Assembly: GCA_036769135.1 (NCBI GenBank)
Contig: DAIPLR010000001.1
Location: forward strand, 13,589-71,698
Length of the DNA stretch: 58,110 nucleotides
Reading direction: 5' to 3'
Source of the DNA: Spirochaetales bacterium
Lineage (GTDB): Bacteria > Spirochaetota > Spirochaetia > Treponematales > UBA12059
Shown here: positions 37,972 to 46,345 of the stretch, piece after piece
How the letters are laid out: each line of letters opens with the position of its first letter
How positions within the stretch are numbered: position 1 is the stretch's first letter
Program-made: the position numbers and the translations under genes
The notes under the pieces: generated by a model
Told to the model about the DNA's origin: nothing
What the model saw: the letters and a program-made list of their open reading frames with translations, nothing else
The model's database searches: none

Positions 37972-39477
37972 TCAGGGCTCCGCGCGTACGAGAGCCGGCC
38001 TAAAGCCCGTAAAGGGCGTGGAGGCGGAAGGCGGCATGGGGCCGCGCGAGGAGAGCTCGACGGCGTTCGGCTGGTTGGCCCAGGAGCCGCCTCGTACCAC
38101 GCCCTCGGCGGATGCCCAGCGGAGCCGGGCCTCGGCGGCCAGCCCGGCCTGAGGCGCGTAGGCGTCGGCGCACCATTCCCATACGTTGCCTAAGAGGCCG
38201 TAGAAGCCGGCGGCGTCGCGGCCGGAGCTTCCTACCGGCTCGGGGCCGTTACGCGGCAGGTCGAGGAGGATGCCCGAGCTCGGCCGGCCGGCCGCCGCCG
38301 CGTAAGCCCACTGGGCCTCGGTCGGCAGGTCGACGCGATAGCCGGCGGGCGCCCGCTCGGACAGCCAGTCGCAGTAGGCCAAGGCGGCGTAGCGCGACAC
38401 GTGGCGCACGGGGGCGTCGGCTGGGTCGGTATCGATAGTCGAGAGGTAGCGGGGGTCGGCGAGGCCGGCGGCAACGAGCCCGTCGCGCGCGGCTGGCGCC
38501 CAGGCGGGCTTCGCGGCTACGAAGGCGCGGAACTCGGCGTTCGTCACCTCGTAGCGGGCCAGGCCGAAGGCTTCGAGGCGGCCGCGGGCCTGGCCGAGGG
38601 CGTAGTCCCCGGCGGGGAGCATGACGAACTCGCGGCCGGCGGCCGTGACGGCGCCCGCGGCCGCCGGGGCGGCCGGCGCGGAGGCGAGGCCGGCGCGGGC
38701 GCGCCTGAAGAGCGTCGAGGCCTCGATGGCCGCCTTGGCCTCGGCCGGCAGTTGGTTAGCCAGGGCCAGGAGCAGGGCCGGCTCGGCGGCGAGCTCTTCG
38801 GCGGCCGCCGCGGCGGCGCGGCCGAGCGAGAAGGGCGTCAGGGCCGCGGAGGCCCCGTAGGCTACGGCGGCGGCTCGGATAGCGTCGCGATAGGCCGGGC
38901 CGTTGGTCGCGTAGGAGAAGGCGGCCGATAGGAGCCCCTTTGCCTCGAGCTCGGGGTCGAGGCTCGCGGCGATGGCGGCCTCGGAGAGGATCATGGGGTG
39001 CTGGTAGGCTTCGCTCGGCGCGCCGGTCAGGGCCCAGGCCGCGAAGTCGCGCACTCCCAGGCGGAGCGCCGCCGACGGCTCAGCGACCCGTAGGCCCGCC
39101 CGTAGTATCTGGCGGCGGGGGAAGAACAGGCTGCCTACGAGGCGGCTCGGGGCTTCGAACTCGAGCCGGGTCGGCTCGAACCCGGCGCGGCGGACTTCTA
39201 GCGTATGCGGCCCTCGCTTAACGAAGACCGGCGCGGCGCCTGAGACCAGGTAGGCCCCGTCCAGATAGACCGCCGCGTCGGGCGGATCCGCCTCGAAGCG
39301 GTAGACGGAGCCGGGCTTCACGAGCCCGGGGAGAATGAATATGGCGAACAGGGCGGCGGCCGAGGCGGCGACGAGGAGCCCCGCCAGGTATCTTCCCGGC
39401 GCTATGCCGAGGATCGGCTTGAGCTCGACGCGGGCGCGGTCGATATCGTCCTGGGTAACGCGCGTATCTTCTTTCAT
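37972..39477 (-). CDS. membrane-anchored PEGA-domain + formylglycine-generating-enzyme (SUMF1/FGE)-like domain protein
   Basis: TM helix LAGLLVAASAAALFAIFIL. PEGA-like DAAVYLDGAYLVSGAAPVFVKRGPHTLEVRRAGFEP. C-terminal FGE motifs YCDWL, GLLGNVWEWCAD and RGGSW. Confidence 0.85.
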   Translation of the reverse strand: MKEDTRVTQDDIDRARVELKPILGIAPGRYLAGLLVAASAAALFAIFILPGLVKPGSVYRFEADPPDAAVYLDGAYLVSGAAPVFVKRGPHTLEVRRAGFEPTRLEFEAPSRLVGSLFFPRRQILRAGLRVAEPSAALRLGVRDFAAWALTGAPSEAYQHPMILSEAAIAASLDPELEAKGLLSAAFSYATNGPAYRDAIRAAAVAYGASAALTPFSLGRAAAAAAEELAAEPALLLALANQLPAEAKAAIEASTLFRRARAGLASAPAAPAAAGAVTAAGREFVMLPAGDYALGQARGRLEAFGLARYEVTNAEFRAFVAAKPAWAPAARDGLVAAGLADPRYLSTIDTDPADAPVRHVSRYAALAYCDWLSERAPAGYRVDLPTEAQWAYAAAAGRPSSGILLDLPRNGPEPVGSSGRDAAGFYGLLGNVWEWCADAYAPQAGLAAEARLRWASAEGVVRGGSWANQPNAVELSSRGPMPPSASTPFTGFRPALVRAEP

Positions 39478-39546
39478 CGCCGCGGATTATATGGGCCGCG
39501 CTTAAGGCTTGTCAACGCAAGCCAAAGATGCTAGCCTCAGGCGATT

Positions 39547-40512
39547 ATGTCATCGCACGACGATTTCTACGGCTCGCTCCAGCGCCTCGCCGAGGGCGCC
39601 CTTACCGCCCGCAAGAAGCGGCGCCTCAGGCAGCGCCTGAAGCAGCAGTCCAAGCATTGGCTACGGGACTGGGCCGAGGCCATACTCTGGGCCGTCTGCA
39701 TGGTCCTCCTTATCAATCAGTATATCTTCCAGATGTACCGCATCCCCTCGCCGTCGATGTCGGGCAGCCTGGAAGTCGGCGATATGATCTTCGTCAACAA
39801 GATGATCTACGGCCCCGAGCTCCTCCCGGGCGTAGCTAAGCTCCCGGGCTTCAGGGCCGCCCGGCGCAACGAGGTCGTCGTCTTCGAGAACCCCGCGTAT
39901 CTGAGTAAGGGCCCGGCGTTCACGATCCTGAAGCAGTTCGTCTACATGCTCACCTTGACCATGGTCGACATAGACCGGGACGAGAACGGCGAGCAACGCG
40001 TGCACTACCTGATCAAGCGGGCGGTCGGCGTCGGCGGCGATACGGTGCGGGCCGTGCGCGGCGATATGGAATTCCGCTTCAAGGGTAGCGACGAGTGGGT
40101 GAGCGAGGCCTCGTTCAAGGCGGCCTCCGGCGCCGCCTACCCGACGCGCCGCATGCTCAGGCCCGCCGACTACGCCGAGCTCGAGGCCGCCGGCCTGGCC
40201 GCCGCCTACCTGGACATGGGCCTCGCGCCGCCGACGAATCCGCAGGTCCGTCCGATCTACGACGAGTTCGCCTTCAACCGCGTGCGGCTCGACGCCCTCG
40301 CCGAGGTGTATCCCCATCAACAGCGGGTCGTAGGCGAGGCCAGGAAGCTCGGCCAAGGTTGGTACGTGCCCGAGGGCCGCGTGTTCACCCTCGGCGATAA
40401 CCGCGACAACTCGCGCGACGCCCGTTGGTACGGCGCGGTGAACGGCAAGAAGGTGCTCGGCCACGCGCTTTTCATCTATTGGCCCCTGCCTCGCGTCGGA
40501 GGGATACGCTAG
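39547..40512 (+). CDS. lepB: signal peptidase I
   Basis: SPSMSGSL (catalytic Ser), KRAVGVGGDTV (Lys box) and GDNRDNSRDARWYG. Confidence 0.92.
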   Translation: MSSHDDFYGSLQRLAEGALTARKKRRLRQRLKQQSKHWLRDWAEAILWAVCMVLLINQYIFQMYRIPSPSMSGSLEVGDMIFVNKMIYGPELLPGVAKLPGFRAARRNEVVVFENPAYLSKGPAFTILKQFVYMLTLTMVDIDRDENGEQRVHYLIKRAVGVGGDTVRAVRGDMEFRFKGSDEWVSEASFKAASGAAYPTRRMLRPADYAELEAAGLAAAYLDMGLAPPTNPQVRPIYDEFAFNRVRLDALAEVYPHQQRVVGEARKLGQGWYVPEGRVFTLGDNRDNSRDARWYGAVNGKKVLGHALFIYWPLPRVGGIR

Positions 40513-40515
40513 GAT

Positions 40516-41232
40516 ATGCGTAAGCCCGAGTCGTACCAAGAGGCCCGCTATAAGCGGCAGCGCCTAGCCAGGCGGCTGCGCTGGGTCGTCGTCGCCTTGG
40601 TCGTCTACGAGCTCGTTACGAGCCTGGGGCTTAAATCCATGTCCGCGGGTTCGAACGGCATGGAACCTACGATACGGCGCGGCGACCACCTGCTCGTCCT
40701 GCCTTCGGCCTACGGTATCGCCTCGTCGTCGCTCGGGCCGTCTTATACGAGCCCGAAGCGCGGCGACATCGTGGTGATGCGCCCGCCCTACGCTAAGCCC
40801 ATGCCCTGGTACGCCCGGGCCTTCTGGGCCGCGGTCGATTTCGTCACCCTGCATCGCCTGCCCGCGCGCCTCCGCCCGCGCGAGGAGCTCATGCTCAAGC
40901 GGGTCATCGCCTTGCCCGGCGACACGGTCTATCTCGAGGGCTTCTTGGCTATGGTCCGCGAGGGCGGCGGCGCGCACTTCCTGACCGAGTACGAGCTATC
41001 GGGGCGCTCCTACGACCTTTCGAGCTCGGGCCTGCCCGAGGGGTGGCCCGTGGAGCTCCCGCTATCCGGCAGCTTCCCGGCCTACACCCTCGGCGAGGGC
41101 GAGTATTTCGTCCTCGGCGATAATAGGCTGAACTACGCGGATTCTCGCTTCTTCGGTCCGGTACGCGCCCAGCACATCGTCGCCAAGGTGGCCCTCCGGT
41201 ATTGGCCTTTCAACGCCAAGGCGATCCAATAG
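40516..41232 (+). CDS. lepB: signal peptidase I (second tandem paralogue)
   Basis: GSNGMEPTI, LKRVIALPGDTV and GDNRLNYADSRFFG. The gene starts 3 nt after the first lepB. Confidence 0.88.
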   Translation: MRKPESYQEARYKRQRLARRLRWVVVALVVYELVTSLGLKSMSAGSNGMEPTIRRGDHLLVLPSAYGIASSSLGPSYTSPKRGDIVVMRPPYAKPMPWYARAFWAAVDFVTLHRLPARLRPREELMLKRVIALPGDTVYLEGFLAMVREGGGAHFLTEYELSGRSYDLSSSGLPEGWPVELPLSGSFPAYTLGEGEYFVLGDNRLNYADSRFFGPVRAQHIVAKVALRYWPFNAKAIQ

Positions 41233-42441
41233 GGGCGCCGTACGGACGGACTCGGCCTCTACGTACACGTTCCTTTCTGCGTCTCGCGCTGCTCATACTG
41301 CGATTTCTATAGTTGCGCGCCTGGGAGCCTGCTCGAGCGCGACGCTTCCGCCTGGTTCGACGCGGTGAGGACGCATGCGGCCGCGCTCCATGATCGATTC
41401 GGCGAGGCCGCCGAGTCCGGCGCGTGGGCGACGAGCTACGTCGGCGGGGGCACTCCGAGCGCCCTGCCGTCGCCCGTCCTCGCCGCGCTCCTTCCGCTCG
41501 CCGCGCCTCGCCAGGGGGCCGAATATACTATCGAGGCCAACCCGGAGGATCTGTCCGCTGATTTCCTATCCCTCGCCCTGGACTCGGCACTGACCAGGAT
41601 GAGCGTCGGCGTACAGAGCCTTGAGGAGCCGGTCCGCCGCGCCGTCCGCCGACGGGGCGAGGCCGAAGCCGTCCGGGCTAGGCTCGAAGGCTTCGCGAGG
41701 GCTTGGTCCCGCCGCTGGTCGGCGGACTTCATCTACGGCCTGCCGTTTCAGAGCCCCGAAGGCCTGGCTCGCGACCTCCGCGGCGTCCTCGAGCTCGGGG
41801 CGGGGCATATCTCGCTCTACGAGCTCGGCTTGTCGGAGGGCTCGCCCCTGGCTCGGGCCGTCGCCTCCGGCGAGCTTGACTTGCCCGATAAGGCGCTCTT
41901 GGGCGAGCTATACGGCGCGGCCGCCGAGACGCTCCGCGCCGCCGGGTTCCGCCGCTACGAGCTTTCGAATTGGGCGAGGCCCGGCCAGGAATGCGATCAT
42001 AACCGTCGCTACTGGTCCATGGCCGGCTGGCTCGCCTTGGGGCCGTCCGCTTCGGCGACGCTGCGCTCAGGAGGCGGGCGATTCCTACGGATCGAAAACG
42101 CCGCCGACCTCCGGGCCTACGTCGCCGATCCCCTGGGTTCGGGCCGCGAGGAGCTCGTCCAAGGCTTCGACGCCCGCTTCGAATATATCATGATGGCGCT
42201 ACGCTGCGCCGACGGCGTGGAACTTCAGGATTACGAACGTTTCTTCGGCGAGAGCTTCGACGATACCTTCGGCCCGGCCCTGGCAAGCTTCCCCGGCTAC
42301 GGGCGCTATGGACGCGGCCGCTGGGCGCCGAGCGAGGCGGGCCTCGACGGGCTTAAAGAGCTCCTGCTCGCCTCTTTGGATCGCCGCGAAGCGTTCGAAC
42401 GGCGCGGCGGCGCGCCGGCGACTATGGAAGGCGGACTATGA
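41233..42441 (+). CDS. hemW: radical SAM heme chaperone HemW (HemN-like); 5' end unresolved (no canonical start upstream of the Fe-S motif)
   Basis: The track ORF starts at GTG 41365. The same frame is open from the lepB TAG (41230..41232) and encodes GLYVHVPFCVSRCSYCDFYS, the CxxxCxxC radical-SAM motif, at 41254..41313. Downstream are typical HemW segments (RMSVGVQSL, GHISLYEL, YELSNWA). Confidence 0.8.
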   Translation, partial: GRRTDGLGLYVHVPFCVSRCSYCDFYSCAPGSLLERDASAWFDAVRTHAAALHDRFGEAAESGAWATSYVGGGTPSALPSPVLAALLPLAAPRQGAEYTIEANPEDLSADFLSLALDSALTRMSVGVQSLEEPVRRAVRRRGEAEAVRARLEGFARAWSRRWSADFIYGLPFQSPEGLARDLRGVLELGAGHISLYELGLSEGSPLARAVASGELDLPDKALLGELYGAAAETLRAAGFRRYELSNWARPGQECDHNRRYWSMAGWLALGPSASATLRSGGGRFLRIENAADLRAYVADPLGSGREELVQGFDARFEYIMMALRCADGVELQDYERFFGESFDDTFGPALASFPGYGRYGRGRWAPSEAGLDGLKELLLASLDRREAFERRGGAPATMEGGL

Positions 42442-43316
42442 CGATCCTATCGATACAATCCCACGTGGTTTGCGGCCGCGTCGGTAACCGCTCCGCCGTG
42501 TTCCCCCTGGAGCGCATGGGGCACGAGGTGTGGCCGCTCAATACGGTTCAATTTTCGACCCATACCGGCAAGCCCGGCTGGCGCGGCGCCGCCTTCGGCG
42601 CCGCGCACTTGGCGGATATCGTCGCCTCCCTGGAGGCGACCGGGGCCTTGCCGCGCTGCGACGCGCTCTTGTCGGGCTACATGGGGGACGTCGATACCGG
42701 CAGGGCCATACTCCGGGCGGCCGAGGCCTTGAAGGAGGCCAATCCGGCCGCCCTCTATTGCTGCGACCCGGTGATGGGGGACGAGCCCGGCGGCTTTTAC
42801 GTGCGGCCCGAGCTGCCCGGGTTCCTGGCGCGGGAGGCCTGCGCCGCCGCCGACATCGTCACGCCGAACCAGTTCGAGGCCGAGGTCCTAGCCGGCCGTA
42901 GCTTCGCCGACTCCGGCGGAGCGGCCGCCGCGACGGACGCCATCCACGAGATCGGGCCGAAGATCGCGCTCATAACGAGCTACCGCGGCCGGGCGGCCGG
43001 GCGCGTCGACGAGCTCGGCTTCTTCTTGAGCGCTCCGGAGGGGCGCTACGAGCTCATGACGCCGCGCCTGCCTTTCGCCCGACCGCCCAAAGGTTCGGGA
43101 GACCTCTTCACCGCTTTATTCTTGGGTAACTATCTCTTAAAGGGCGACGCGCCCGACGCGCTGGAGCGCGCCGCCGCGGCTCTCTACGCGGTGCTGGAGG
43201 CGACCCTCGCCTCGGGCGCGGACGATCTGGCTATCGTCGCGGCGCAGGACGATATAGCGCGGCCGAAGCCGCGCTTCATAGCCAAGCCGATCGCTTCGGG
43301 GCCTATTTCTTCTTAG
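42438..43316 (+). CDS. pdxY: pyridoxal kinase PdxY-type
   Basis: ILSIQSHVVCGRVGNRSAVFPLERMGHEVWPLNTVQFSTHTG, CDAxLSGYMG and CDPVMGD are close to E. coli PdxY as I recall it. ATGA overlap with hemW. Confidence 0.88.
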   Translation: MTILSIQSHVVCGRVGNRSAVFPLERMGHEVWPLNTVQFSTHTGKPGWRGAAFGAAHLADIVASLEATGALPRCDALLSGYMGDVDTGRAILRAAEALKEANPAALYCCDPVMGDEPGGFYVRPELPGFLAREACAAADIVTPNQFEAEVLAGRSFADSGGAAAATDAIHEIGPKIALITSYRGRAAGRVDELGFFLSAPEGRYELMTPRLPFARPPKGSGDLFTALFLGNYLLKGDAPDALERAAAALYAVLEATLASGADDLAIVAAQDDIARPKPRFIAKPIASGPISS

Positions 43317-43833
43317 GTATGACCGGCGTGAAGCCGGCGGGGTTCGGTAGGACGAAGTCACGGCCGATCTCGGACGCGGAGGCCAGGAGCCAGGTTTGGT
43401 TGCGCCCTAAGAGGCCGCCGGTGCCCTTGAGCGAGCCGCGGACCGTCAGCTTGTCGCCGTCGCGCCGGATGGTGCAGGCGTATTCCTTGCCGTCTTTGGG
43501 GTCGATGATGAAGCCCTTGAGCTCGCGGCCGGAAGCCTTCATGTCGTAGACGAAATCCAGGCCGCAGAAGGGCGGGTCGCCGGCCAGGGCGTCGGCCTTG
43601 TCCTTCCTCGTCAGGATCGTGTCCTTGATGAGGCCGCTGTTCTCGTCGATGGTCGCCATCATGCGGCCGTAGAACGCGTTGCCGTTCTGGTAGACCAATA
43701 CGTAGGCCGTCGGCTTGTCGGTCTTATCGTCGATGATCTTCCATAGGCCGAGCATGTCGTTGGCGTAGGCGGAAGCCGCGCCTAAGGCCATCATGGCCAG
43801 GCCGATCAAGGCTATGGTGCGCTGTCGGTTCAT
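43303..43833 (-). CDS. DUF2147 domain-containing secreted protein
   Basis: Signal peptide, GLWKIIDDKTDKPTAYVLVY, and IIDPKDGKEYACTIRRDGDKLTVRGSLKGTGGLLGRNQTW, which is the typical DUF2147 pattern. Confidence 0.85.
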   Translation of the reverse strand: MNRQRTIALIGLAMMALGAASAYANDMLGLWKIIDDKTDKPTAYVLVYQNGNAFYGRMMATIDENSGLIKDTILTRKDKADALAGDPPFCGLDFVYDMKASGRELKGFIIDPKDGKEYACTIRRDGDKLTVRGSLKGTGGLLGRNQTWLLASASEIGRDFVLPNPAGFTPVIPKKK

Positions 43834-43948
43834 CGTCGCTCCTCGGGGCTCGAATAAGGCGGAGGGCCGGACCGGCCGGCGCGTCGCCGCCGTAGCCTAG
43901 TATAACCCGGCCCGCGCGGAACGCCAGGGGGAAAGCGCCCGTGCCGCG

Positions 43949-44554
43949 CTACACGAAGAATTCATAGCGGGCCCGCATCGCTTCCTTCTGCGTCTTCTTG
44001 AAGCCGAGGTTGAAGCGCTTCTCGGCCCCGACCGTGCTCGGCGGTCCGTGGGCGGGGAGGACGAGGCAATCCTCGGCCTGGTTCAAGATCTTGGCCCCGA
44101 GCTGCTCCTTGAGGAGGCGGTGGCTGTACTGGCTCGCGGTGCTGCCGATGTGGCCGCAGTAGAGCGAGTCGCCGGTGAACAAGAGCTTCTCGACCTTATA
44201 GACTATGGAGTCGGCGCTATGGCCCGGGACGGAGATCGCCTGGATCGGCAGGCCGCAACACTCGAACTCGTCGCCGTCATGCATGATGGCGCAGGGGCGT
44301 CCGCCGATCTCGGCGTTGGCCGAGTAGACCTTGGCGTCGTAGATCTTGAGGAGCGTGCCGAGCCCGGCGACGTGGTGGGCGTGGTTATGGGTGATGAGCG
44401 CGGCCTTGATGTCATAGCCGCGGCGCTCGATGAAGTTAAGCAGGCCTATGGTAAAGGCCGCCGGGTCGACGATCATGGCCTCGCCGGTCTCGTCGTTGCC
44501 GACGAGGTAGACGTTCGCGAAGCCGTAGAGCGAGAAGTGGAAGAAGACGGTCAC
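43949..44554 (-). CDS. MBL-fold metallo-hydrolase (glyoxalase II-like)
   Basis: ITHNHAHHVAG (HxHxDH-type motif), VPGHSADS and TGDSL. Confidence 0.85.
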   Translation of the reverse strand: MTVFFHFSLYGFANVYLVGNDETGEAMIVDPAAFTIGLLNFIERRGYDIKAALITHNHAHHVAGLGTLLKIYDAKVYSANAEIGGRPCAIMHDGDEFECCGLPIQAISVPGHSADSIVYKVEKLLFTGDSLYCGHIGSTASQYSHRLLKEQLGAKILNQAEDCLVLPAHGPPSTVGAEKRFNLGFKKTQKEAMRARYEFFV

Positions 44555-45150
44555 GGTCCCTGCTCCTCGATTTCATGGATGGCTTCCTGGGTGTTCGAGT
44601 ACTTCCAGGATACCTTGCGCTCCCTGGTCTTCACGAAATAGCAGTTCTTTAAGTTGCAGTCGACGAAGTCCGTATGGTCGAATTCGGAGAGTATGAAGCG
44701 GCTGTTATAGAGGTTGGAGTAGTTGAAGGTGCAGGATTCGGCCTTGATGCCGTCGAAGTTATTGTGGATGAGCTCCGAATTCTCGAAGGAGGCGTTGAGG
44801 AAGCGCGCGCCTGCGAAGGAGCAGAACTGCGCGTCTACCCCCGAGAAGTCGCAGGAGTCGGCTTGGCAGAAGTCGAAGAAGCTCATGCGGAAACTGGAGC
44901 CGGCGAAGGTAACGTTCGTCAGGATGGCCCCGGCGAAGGAGCAGGCGTAGAATCGCTTGCCCGAGAGGTCGGCGCCTTCGAGTCGCAGCCCCGCGAGGTT
45001 GAGGCTCTTGATCTCCCGGTCGCCGCTCATCTCGGCGAGGAGCCTGGACGCGGCGGCGGCGGGATCGACTTCGTGGGCGGCGCAGAGGGCCGAGCCCGAG
45101 AGGGCGGCCGCTTGGCAGCCCGGATGGTCGCATTGGGCGAAGCTGTACAC
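44551..45150 (-). CDS. pentapeptide-repeat protein with an N-terminal Cys/His cluster
   Basis: The track ORF starts at TTG 45219. I prefer GTG 45150 (GGAGG 11 nt upstream), giving (M)YSFAQCDHPGCQAAALSGSALCAAHE. Pentapeptide repeats follow (LAGLRLEGADLSGKRFYACSFAGAILTNVTFAGSSF...). GTGA overlap with the MBL gene. Confidence 0.8.
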   Translation of the reverse strand: MYSFAQCDHPGCQAAALSGSALCAAHEVDPAAAASRLLAEMSGDREIKSLNLAGLRLEGADLSGKRFYACSFAGAILTNVTFAGSSFRMSFFDFCQADSCDFSGVDAQFCSFAGARFLNASFENSELIHNNFDGIKAESCTFNYSNLYNSRFILSEFDHTDFVDCNLKNCYFVKTRERKVSWKYSNTQEAIHEIEEQGP

Positions 45151-45248
45151 GCGCGTCTGGCCTCCGCCCTGGACTATAGCGCAGCCCGGCCGCCCGCCGC
45201 AACCTCGTCGCCTTGCCAAAACGCCGGCGCGGGCGTAGACTGTCGGCC

Positions 45249-45524
45249 ATGTGCATGTCCTGCGGGAGCCCGCTCCCCGAAGCCAAGATCATGTTCCGCG
45301 ATCTCTGCCGCGACTGCGGCCGTCCCCTCCATATCTGTAGGCACTGCCGCTTCTACAAGCCCGGCGCCTATCGCGACTGCGCCGAGACCGTGCCCGAGGA
45401 GGTCTCGGACAAGGAGAAGGCCAACTTCTGCGAGTACTTCTCGCCCGGCTGGGCTCCGCCGGCCGCGGGCGGCAAGAAGGCCGGCCCGGGCGCCAAAGAC
45501 GCCTTCGATAAGCTCTTCGGCTGA
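45249..45524 (+). CDS. small Cys-rich (zinc-ribbon-like) protein
   Basis: An internal ATG at 45249 gives MCMSCGSPLPEAKIMFRDLCRDCGRPLHICRHCRFYKPGAYRDCAE...NFCEYF, with nine Cys. The stop overlaps the murI start (TGATG). Confidence 0.6.
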   Translation: MCMSCGSPLPEAKIMFRDLCRDCGRPLHICRHCRFYKPGAYRDCAETVPEEVSDKEKANFCEYFSPGWAPPAAGGKKAGPGAKDAFDKLFG

Positions 45525-46345
45525 TGGGCGAATCCGAACGGAGCCTCCGGCCGCTGGCCTTCTTCGATTCGGGGATAGGCGGCCTACCGTACCTCGAGGT
45601 CGCCAAGCGCCTTATGCCGGGCGAGCGCTACCTGTATCTGGCCGACCGCGCGGGCTTCCCCTACGGCGACAAGACCCCGGCGGAGGTCGCCAGGCTGGCC
45701 CTCAAGGCGGTCGCCGAGCTACGGAGCGCCTTCGACCCCAAGGCCGTCGTCGTGGCCTGCAATACGGCGAGCGCCGTAGCGCTGGCCGAGCTCCGCGCGG
45801 CCAACCCGGGCTTCCCGATCGTCGGGACGGTGCCAGCCGTGAAGCCGGCGGCGGCCAGCTCGCGCGCCAAGCGCATCGGCGTGGTGGCTACCGCCCGGAC
45901 CGCGGCCGACCCCTACCTGGCCGAGCTCATACGGCGCTGGGCCGCCGATTGCGCCGTAACGGTGCGCGGCGACCAGGAGCTCGTGGCCTTCGTCGAAGGG
46001 CGCTGGCTGGACGCCGGGCGCGAGGAGCGGCTGGCGGCCGCCCGCCCCTCCGTCCGGGCCATGCTCGACGCCGGCGCGGACGCGATCGTCCTCGGCTGCA
46101 CGCACTTCCTCTACCTGGCCTCCGAGTTCGCCGAGCTCGCCGGGCCGGGAGTGCGCGTCGTGGACTCGCGCGACGGCGTGGCCGCCCAACTCAGGCGGGT
46201 GATCGCCGCGGGACCGGGACTCGCGTCGTCGAGGCCGGAAGGGCCGGACCTCTTCTTCGTCTCGGGCGCGGCGCCGCTCGAGACGCGCTACGCGGCGACG
46301 GCCGCGCGCTTCGGCCTGGAGAGCGGGGGCTCCCTGTACGCATGA
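45524..46345 (+). CDS. murI: glutamate racemase
   Basis: FFDSGIGGL, VVACNTASA and VLGCTHF motifs. Confidence 0.93.
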   Translation: MGESERSLRPLAFFDSGIGGLPYLEVAKRLMPGERYLYLADRAGFPYGDKTPAEVARLALKAVAELRSAFDPKAVVVACNTASAVALAELRAANPGFPIVGTVPAVKPAAASSRAKRIGVVATARTAADPYLAELIRRWAADCAVTVRGDQELVAFVEGRWLDAGREERLAAARPSVRAMLDAGADAIVLGCTHFLYLASEFAELAGPGVRVVDSRDGVAAQLRRVIAAGPGLASSRPEGPDLFFVSGAAPLETRYAATAARFGLESGGSLYA

